Of a stretch of DNA of 58,347 nucleotides, positions 49,501-56,000 are shown in pieces. The first letter of the stretch is position 1. Every line of letters starts with the position of its first letter. Below the pieces are notes generated by a model. The model saw only the letters and a program-made list of their open reading frames with translations. It had not been told where the DNA came from and did no database searches. The DNA is taken from IMG/VR virus record IMGVR_UViG_3300009103_001673, positions 1 through 58,347 of that record; one strand, given 5' to 3'. The DNA is from a virus. Lineage: Duplodnaviria; Caudoviricetes. A program made the translations under genes and the position numbers.

Positions 49501-49581
49501 AGGGATCAATATCCAAGTATTTATGCAAAATACTTTGAGAGATGGGGTGCTCTACATGAAGAAGAAGTTGCGGCTGGATAA
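43528..49581 (+). CDS. VrlC-like (DUF4815) virion structural protein, N-terminal part
   Basis: PYYDDF, LFQPGRAVQARELTQIQS, APGADRYK, RTYDESGNY, TMKDIGRL.KRVENLEYY, RFKNGIVVDNF. Confidence 0.88.
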   Translation: MPIDFNRYPYYDDFTESNLYYRLLFQPGRAVQARELTQIQSLLQSQIEKLGQHIFKDGALVYGGKINYDKTNTKWLAVKAQDRNGNPVRIRDISPGMIIRKVTDSKSTDNEFQGTILSVIPAEGNDPNTIYFKWTSNSPETEETEGFLGSEILQICDAVKGVERYTVTTLDPDTNGRSIHYGTCSTISVEPGIYFWKGLFVNSPGGSIKLDKYSDITTYRVGYVVSERIDTEDPRSLDPSQHTSNYSAPGADRYKVSLDLTKIGNGLTMDERIVPDFIEVARIDVGNLLTSENGLGRDIYAILGDRLAQRTYDESGNYIVDGFDIKLTNRTTADNPKLVAKMSKGVAYVRGYRHTLNYGNIVGGPDGIDKGRDVLQEDMNILNRYGDNFLAVYDEANTVSTHPENANGMFVVGSGAGQYTSNSWYGNRGEAVSVHCVPQQLVKDYSLADQWKWESTLVGTARPIQMCYDITRTKASIDAGRTGMVYDLWLGDFKSSPISNTTSVTNIIADVSAYANSTFTVFHFDSQTHGITANDRISTSGAIASDWNADFLPIHSTNSTAVIIGGVVTSVASPSSRALTLYRTTGNTSPYKSIVLDTDSSAAWNGSYIGATIKVGNSTPHKIIDYIGTSSSAETKYNTRYGFSKRGMAILDTALEELPKYGDAYTLNLNMKQARSVVYNQNKSSTGAEQYPAILNQAWNVDPISGVTGGDRGLLVDEVYGGRIDGDAIYNRHGESADGEDALLFSTERSAAKSLLTHGSLDGGLTSNTEIIYTEYSSVLCGSTGVGQVFTTPVSGNYKFFGRPKIYPYDSGSSTVSNINQIKENFALVNKTTGKVLTSAITQIVVVNGTSPTLTVTLPAAVQFTAGQEYVLNFPVKAEFAEPAYKKLIKANTTHSLVSTSIPADGVLTDYDNGHVHIAEGDYANTSGTRISLRKPDGFKLHKVVHQFKNNQANTDIANSMLNVIDRFDFDTGQRDMFYDNASIILKPEVDTPTGNLMIIFDRFMRMDNPKGESPSENIDSPGYFSVDSYQYTTDLTLDHSPSQAAFTPGMNVVGNTSGVSAYVMDYANTSGSGAYAKMRVQDVAAPSGVTPSFIVGETIDGFNKGTGALISGKIVSIVEADLKYSEIPDYKSRGKVVYPLRNKLDFRAYVSSNGRVSDTISDSIMPPIPTRSSINAGRISEILSGPASTPMTTSIKLDHFAGRIDKVVLTDSGTYTTIRGNPAVTPFPPRDDQDDKALTLFTLQIPPYTFDPKHVQIKENTARRHTMKDIGRLAKRVENLEYYVSLNALEKAATDLDITFADGTSRFKNGIVVDNFAGFGVADMENLKASLGKGVLRPPVKTYDDYDAPGSIPLLSYAVDDNSDLNRGTRRYYTVDGDLDGIGDVITLDFTEMPLITQPVATTAESVNPFDLQNFTGEIILTPDFDRWMDVEKIPEYNSFLNGVLDNIAGVDENSTATEISDAIKSMDDFWSDIMGTNKLGENIEGTVFYNPDEDLNTQTYAKNIELGSVRDQYLNTATIDAAIAQHGLTDGSTQNIKILPYLRSRDVIVHGEGLKPNHRNAIRFDGISVESYFGQANKIFMVYNPLTDTKFQPSVDGRYEKIKLEGSGAVANAVLISVREPYYRDSQTEGTNRIMVGYIVPEFDAETGKVDYTNRVDGYYGTGWDATKIASGGFQGYSARTITGYNTGATASLTVGGTQHLYNGHYTGSVRNSTGNTTHIELSPDARRYIDGNFRKESTGAATSSMINFTGIPLNSRIQIVSGAGAGQECIANGLIYTTSGGSPVLELKASAAGSTGLTQNIDSTSVYTIGMKQVNPTVHDYGVTQIADITSKTNHYGEKIGVLHIPSTSKVSFTAGRKLVEIMDRFSKEEWLVSSYASAYYFAEGTEREEVEAAHVRLDLLKEIRSKMNLFRISDHPEDLGYVPASNLIDGAEGKLAVCYGIEVANGTWTAKATHDIDYIEGGGEFGTINDTDQERLNTTLTGVWALIRDQYPSIYAKYFERWGALHEEEVAAG

Positions 49582-49584
49582 ATA
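49577..49584 (+). promoter_or_regulatory. T4-type late promoter box at the VrlC split
   Basis: GATAAATA overlapping the stop codon, followed by AGGAG RBS. Confidence 0.45.
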
Positions 49585-49618
49585 TAAGAATATTAAAGGA
49601 ATTAGGAGAACATAAATT

Positions 49619-52600
49619 ATGCCGATGCACACTTCGGACACCAGACTTAATCATATGGATTGTTTGGCACAATTAGGCTGGTTGCAATTTGATACTACCC
49701 ATATGGGCGAACCTGATGGATATCTTTTGACACCATGTTGTGTACACGGATATCGAGGTGTCTATAGTCCACGATTTAAACTGGAATGGCATCGAGTAAT
49801 GTCTGGAGTTCAAACGCCGAAGCCTGTTTGGACCGGAGGTCCGCGCCCCACGGGGTCGGGCGGCAGCTACACTATTCGCAACGCGCGCCGAGCGAACCAG
49901 CTTGCCTGGGATCGCCTTCGGGCGAAATACGAGGAGGAGCTTGCGCTATGGGAAGCAGAACAAGCTTCTGGAAGTTATGAAAAAAAATGGAATTGGACTG
50001 ATGCGACTGGTGGAGATCAGGCTAGTTATTTTACGAGAGAACAGATAGAAGGCAGAGAAGGAAGTTGGGTTCTTGTTGCAGGGGCACAGGCAAGTGGCCC
50101 GAATGACGAGCCAGTTGACGCACAGGCAAAATGGTGGATAACAACACAAACAGATGTAGATACAATTGAAGAAGAAGCTGACCCGGTTATGTATGGTGGA
50201 GATCTCCTTGCTGGCGCAGCGGCAGGGTATCTTGGCGGAAGATACGGAGATAACCGGGGCGGTGGAGATTATTTAGGAAGAGAATTTTGGTGGAGAGTAA
50301 ACCGCCGGTCCCATGCCACAAAAGGAAATTATATTCCTCAGTTAAAACGATGGACAAAAGAACATCAAAATTCAGGATTTATGGGCCATGGAACTGTTGC
50401 GCTAGAATCCGAGGGCGGCCGCCCTTTTACTACGGGGCGTGAAGCCGAAAGAGTTGCTGGCGGCACTGCGATGCATCGCGCCGCAGGGGGAATTTCAGAT
50501 CCGGGCCTTGGAGAATCTTCAGGGCTTCCGACACTTCCTGGCGGCGCCAGCCGCTCCTCCGAGGCGGGGTCGTTTTCAAGAGATACCGTTTGGTGGGTCA
50601 AATATGGAAATCGAAATTTTCTTGGAATTGTAGAATGTGCTGATGGAATTGGTACCGACCAAGATCGTGATGATCATAATTATCACGGAGATGGATCAAA
50701 TTGGCGCGGAACTGGTAGTTTTGATCCAGACATCAACACTATAATTCCTCCTGATGCACAGGCAGCAGGTGGATATATTCCCAAGCTTAATTTTTGGGCA
50801 GGAGATGTTCGTGGTGTTCAGGGATTGGCACAAACAGATGCAGATGGAAATATTATTGGTGCCGTCATGACTGATCCGGGGGCAACCGTATTTACAGACC
50901 TTGATTCTGGCACTTCACCAACACCGCCAAATGTTGGAGTAAGTATGCCTGGGCATTATCAAGGGTTTTCTGCCACGGCATTAATAACAACCGAACCAGA
51001 ACAAATTAAATCTGTTCTTCCTGGGTTATTTAAAACAAAAGAAGAAATGATGGCTGAAATTTGTGATGGATATAATGATCCAATTGCACAGACATTTCTT
51101 ATTAATGGCAATGCACATCAAGATGGTGTATTTATCAATAGTGTTGATATTTGTTTCCAATCTAAACCAGCATGGGGCACTTCTGTTCTTCCTGTATATT
51201 TGGAAATTCGCCCTACAATAAATGGATTTCCACATGCAGAAAAAATTATTGTGTCAAAGCTACTTGATTGGGATATGACTAAAGTTGCGCCTGGATATAG
51301 AGAAGATCTTGTGGGCATTTTAAATTCGACAGATCCGACTTCTGATCCAACACTGTCACAAATTTCATATCCAAATTTTAATCAGGATGATGCATATACA
51401 AAATTTAGTTTTAACTATCCTGTATATTTGGAACCCGGAGAATATGCAATTGTTATTCGATCCAATGACAGTAATTATAAATGTTGGATTGCAGATACCA
51501 GAGGAGAAGCTGTTGTCAATGAGGGGTCTTTGATGCAATTTGCTGATGAGTTGATTCAGCCAATTAGTACAACATATTCAAAGCAATATGGCGGAACATT
51601 CTTTAGATCACAAAACGGAAGAACATGGACTCCTGACCAATATCAAGATTTGATGTTCAGGATTAATAGGTGTGAATTTGGAGGAGCATCAAAAATAAAT
51701 CCCGAAACAGGAACTCTTAAACTTGGTGGAGACATAAGAGGAGCAGAATTTGAATATGACAGACTTAAATTAAATACAATTTCAATATTAAAACCAGATA
51801 CCGATTCAACAAGAGTTAGTGGAACATTAAAGACGATAACAGTTTCTTCTGGGGACACAACACCATCGGCAATTGGTGGAGAAGTTGGAAAAGTATTTGG
51901 AGAAAAATCAGAAGATACCAGAGATATGCCCGAACCCATGAAATATATTGCATCCAAGCAACCTAAAGACTCTTCAATTCAAGTGGAAATAGAGTTAAGT
52001 ACCGAAAATCGAAAAGTTTCTCCGGTCATAGATACCAGAAACATTAATGCCATTCCTCTTAAGAATTTAATCAATGATGGTTCTTTGAGCACAACAAACA
52101 TTCAACTACAGAATGGTGGATCTGGATATGCAGTAAATGATACAATTGAAATTACCGGGGGAGGAAGTACCGAAAAGGCTATTATTACAATTACTGCTGC
52201 CCCGGATGGAACGATTTTAGAGGATGGTTTTTCGGTGACTACTGCCGGAAAGGGATTTCATCATTCTGAAAATGTTGCATTTACTTATAAGGATGATGGC
52301 GGTGGCTCTGGAACTGGAGCAATCTTTGAAGTTCTTTCCGAAGAAGGAACAGAAGGTGGAAATTCATTGACAAGATATGTTACTCGCCCAATTAATCTTG
52401 CCACCGGAATGACGGCAAGAGGATTGAAAGTTTTCTTGACTGCACAGCAATCTTATGGTTCCAGAATTTATGTTTATCACAAGGTATTGGCAGAAGAGGA
52501 TTCAGAAGATATTAAGAGAAAGAAATGGAAGTTGATGAAACAGACAACACCCGATGCCGATTATTTTAGTGGAAGTGCATCAACAATGGAAGCACCAACG

Positions 52601-52780
52601 GCAATATCTGGTGGCCTTCATGAATATGTTTTTGATTCTGATGAGCTTATTACTTATACTACCAACGATGGTAATACTTATGATAGCTTTAAGACCTTTG
52701 CAATTAAAATTGTAATGCAGGCATCCAATACATCAAAGCCTCCTCTTGTGAACGACTTCAGAGCAATTGCAGTATTTTAA
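49619..52780 (+). CDS. VrlC-like structural protein, C-terminal part with ~485-aa unusual N-terminal region
   Basis: DPIAQTF, F.F.YPVYL, FFRSQNGRTWTPDQYQDLMF, VSPVID, FKTFAIKIVM, DFRAIA. Confidence 0.85.
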   Translation: MPMHTSDTRLNHMDCLAQLGWLQFDTTHMGEPDGYLLTPCCVHGYRGVYSPRFKLEWHRVMSGVQTPKPVWTGGPRPTGSGGSYTIRNARRANQLAWDRLRAKYEEELALWEAEQASGSYEKKWNWTDATGGDQASYFTREQIEGREGSWVLVAGAQASGPNDEPVDAQAKWWITTQTDVDTIEEEADPVMYGGDLLAGAAAGYLGGRYGDNRGGGDYLGREFWWRVNRRSHATKGNYIPQLKRWTKEHQNSGFMGHGTVALESEGGRPFTTGREAERVAGGTAMHRAAGGISDPGLGESSGLPTLPGGASRSSEAGSFSRDTVWWVKYGNRNFLGIVECADGIGTDQDRDDHNYHGDGSNWRGTGSFDPDINTIIPPDAQAAGGYIPKLNFWAGDVRGVQGLAQTDADGNIIGAVMTDPGATVFTDLDSGTSPTPPNVGVSMPGHYQGFSATALITTEPEQIKSVLPGLFKTKEEMMAEICDGYNDPIAQTFLINGNAHQDGVFINSVDICFQSKPAWGTSVLPVYLEIRPTINGFPHAEKIIVSKLLDWDMTKVAPGYREDLVGILNSTDPTSDPTLSQISYPNFNQDDAYTKFSFNYPVYLEPGEYAIVIRSNDSNYKCWIADTRGEAVVNEGSLMQFADELIQPISTTYSKQYGGTFFRSQNGRTWTPDQYQDLMFRINRCEFGGASKINPETGTLKLGGDIRGAEFEYDRLKLNTISILKPDTDSTRVSGTLKTITVSSGDTTPSAIGGEVGKVFGEKSEDTRDMPEPMKYIASKQPKDSSIQVEIELSTENRKVSPVIDTRNINAIPLKNLINDGSLSTTNIQLQNGGSGYAVNDTIEITGGGSTEKAIITITAAPDGTILEDGFSVTTAGKGFHHSENVAFTYKDDGGGSGTGAIFEVLSEEGTEGGNSLTRYVTRPINLATGMTARGLKVFLTAQQSYGSRIYVYHKVLAEEDSEDIKRKKWKLMKQTTPDADYFSGSASTMEAPTAISGGLHEYVFDSDELITYTTNDGNTYDSFKTFAIKIVMQASNTSKPPLVNDFRAIAVF

Positions 52781-52785
52781 ATTGT

Positions 52786-53022
52786 ATGGCGAATGAACAT
52801 TTAGTAAAAACAGACAACCCTGAATACATGAAAGACGAAAAGTCTGGAGCATTGGTTTCTACAGACCTTGTTGCCTTCAAGAAATTTAAATTACAACAAC
52901 AGCAATCAGAGAAAATAAAAAATCAAGAAAACGACCTAAATAATATTAAGTCTGATATATCTGAACTTAAAGATGAAATGGGCGAAATAAAGGATTTATT
53001 AAAACAATTTTTGACAAAATAG
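52786..53022 (+). CDS. Small coiled-coil protein following VrlC-like gene
   Basis: KDEKSGALVSTD followed by heptads LK.EM.EIK.LL. Confidence 0.75.
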   Translation: MANEHLVKTDNPEYMKDEKSGALVSTDLVAFKKFKLQQQQSEKIKNQENDLNNIKSDISELKDEMGEIKDLLKQFLTK

Positions 53023-53035
53023 GACGTTTTGATTA

Positions 53036-56000
53036 ATGCCCAAGTTTGAATCACCAATAAAAATTAGTTCTATTAAAAGCCTATCCGGCAACACAACACT
53101 CCTTCATCTTGGTGATGACAACCGAGTTGGTGTTCTTACAGATGCGCCCGAATCCGAATTACATGTTGATGGCACAATTACTGCAACAGGTCTTGTTGTT
53201 CCTCCTTCAATTATTTCTGCTCAGGGAGATTCTGCTACCACTTTTGGTTTTAATCCAAATTTTACTGAGTGGAATGGGCCTCCAGACAATAGCCCCAATG
53301 TTGCAAATGGATACTCACAAACAGGTGGTGGAGTAGTTCAACGATCATCAATATCAAATCTTGGTGGTTTCTCTGCAAGATTTCATGATAATGGTGATGT
53401 CGTATGGTCAAGAGAAGTACCATTTCAATCGCCGCTATATGCCAATGTATTTATCCAAGGCACATTTACTTATAAATTTGATGGTTGGTCTTCTGGCGAA
53501 CCAGGCCTTGCGGTTACATTAACTTCAAGACCAAAGGCATGTACTGATTACACGTCAATGACAAATACATTTATTGTTCCTACATTTTCAGAAAATCGCT
53601 CTACTGCAAAGGATTGGCAAACAGGAACTTTTCGAGCACATACTCCCGGCAATCGCGAAATAACACATCTTAAAATTGAAATTATTTCTACTTCTGCAAC
53701 TACTTATGATTCAGCTACAGTTGGGGTCAATAATGACGGGGGAGCAGGCAATTCAACTATACTTGGCAATGAAGATAACATAATAGATTATGATTGGTAT
53801 GTGGATGGATTTGATTTCTCGTTCATGCACCCAGACATGCGAGTTGATCAACAAGGGAGAATAACTGGCGCACATATTGCTGCTGCAACAATTGATGATC
53901 TTCACATCAGGGATATGATTTCGTCTACTTCTTCTTTGATTAAAAACGATGCTGGTTTATCTGTTCAGGGACTAGTTGCAAATACCACTCATGCAGATGG
54001 TTGGAGTATTGCCAAATCTGGAGAGATCAAGGCAACAGACATTAAAATATATGGACATGACGGAACAGTTCTTATTTCTGGTAGAGGAGATACAGACGGA
54101 AAGCCCAATCCATTTGCAGAATGGCGGGCAGCCGAAGATCCTGCAAACAGACCATCACTTTCCGATTTAGATCCTGCCGCATCAACATATCTTTATGGTC
54201 TTGCATTTGAAGAGAGCAATAAGACTTCGTTGTTGGCAAACATTAGTTATCTTGCCACAAGCGGTCTTGATTCTGATACGTTTTCTGCAAATGACCATTC
54301 AATACATTTTGCGAATGTTGTCTCTGGTGCCGCAGGCGCAGATGGAACTGACCTTGCAAATGGTTTCATTACATTCAATGGAATTACCACCAATGCTCCC
54401 CCTGGTTCTATCTATACATCAACAGATGCCACAATTATCAGAAACCAAGATGCATATATTTTGTTTCTTGCAAACACCCAAAAATGGGACACAAACATTG
54501 GTGCCCAACAAAAATATCATGCCAATACATTGCTCGGCGAGTTTGGGCTTTATGTATTGGCAACGCCGACTGTTGGTGGTTGGTTGTATCATCCACATGG
54601 AAACTCAACATGGTATACAATTGATTCCACACAGTCTGGAAATGACCTTCACGAAAATGACTTTTTGGTCATTGGTAGAATTGGAACAGATCCTACCGGA
54701 AAGATTCGTGCAGACAAAACATATCTACAACCACCAAAAAATCCAGACTCAATTACAATTCCAGAAAGAACAGGAACATTTGCTCCAATTGGAATTACGG
54801 CAGGCGGTGTTCTCTTTGCAGACATTCATTTAAATCAATGGAACCATACTGCAAATGCTGGCGAAATACAATTTACAAATCGAAGAAATAGTCCAAACAC
54901 AAGATTTGCCTTTATTCATCCCGGCACAGACGACCCGGCAGACAGCATAATATATACAACCAATGGTGCCTATGGTGTTCTGACAAGTCTCGAAGATTTC
55001 CCTGGTTCTCGATATATTACTTTTATTGGAGCAGATCAGAGTAGATTTACATTACAGACCGGGCACTCTCCTGATTTTGTTGCAGCATTTCCTATTGGAG
55101 ATAAGTGGTTTTATAATCAGGACGAAGGAAAGTTTGCCGAGTTTACTCCAGATGGCCGTGACTGTATTGTTGCGCGGGTTGATTCAAATGGGTCTGCTGT
55201 TTCTGCATTTCCTTCAGACTCGTCCGCACTTACAAATATCTACAGGTATGCAGAACGAGAAACAATAACTGCCGAAGGCGCAACACTTTCTGAGTTGATT
55301 ATTGATCCGCCCAGAGGAATGGCATCTGGTGGATTGGTTTTTGCTGAATTGACAGTCAATAAAGAATTCAAACAATCTGATGATACTTTTGTTTCTAATG
55401 CTGGTTTTATTGCCATTACAAATTCAATAAACGATCCAAAAAATGAATTTTATGTAATTCATCCGACCAATGGAAACAATTGGTTGGTAGATACTGTTGG
55501 TCGTGGTGTTGTCACAAGCCTGAAACCAACTGTTAATGCATATGGAACAAGACACATTGCGTTTGTTGGAACAGACACAACAAGATTTGCTTTGCCATCA
55601 GATGCATATGAAAATGTATCAAATTCTTTTGTTGCAGTTCTTGAAAATGATTCTCAAGGACACCCAAGAGCAGATGGAAAATGGTATTATGATAATGGAG
55701 CCAATGTGTCAAGCACATTTACGCCTGATGCAAATGACTTTATTATTGCAACGATTAATTCATTTGACCCTGACTCTGATGGAATTGACCAAATTACTCA
55801 ATGGTCAGCACCAGAGGGGCAAATTATTGTTGATGGCGTTACAACAACCATTACAAGTCTTCGGAATTTATTAAATTCAAGAATTGATTCCACAAACGCA
55901 GCCGTAACTTTTGCCATAGATTCTGCTGCCAATGCATATGCAAATGCTGTTACTGCACAAGGTACTGCTGCTGATGCATCTGCAAATGCTGCACAGGCAT

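Noticed and set aside
49619-51076. Intein, intron or DGR variable region in the VrlC insert
   Set aside because: No Hint-domain termini, homing endonuclease, reverse transcriptase or template repeat visible
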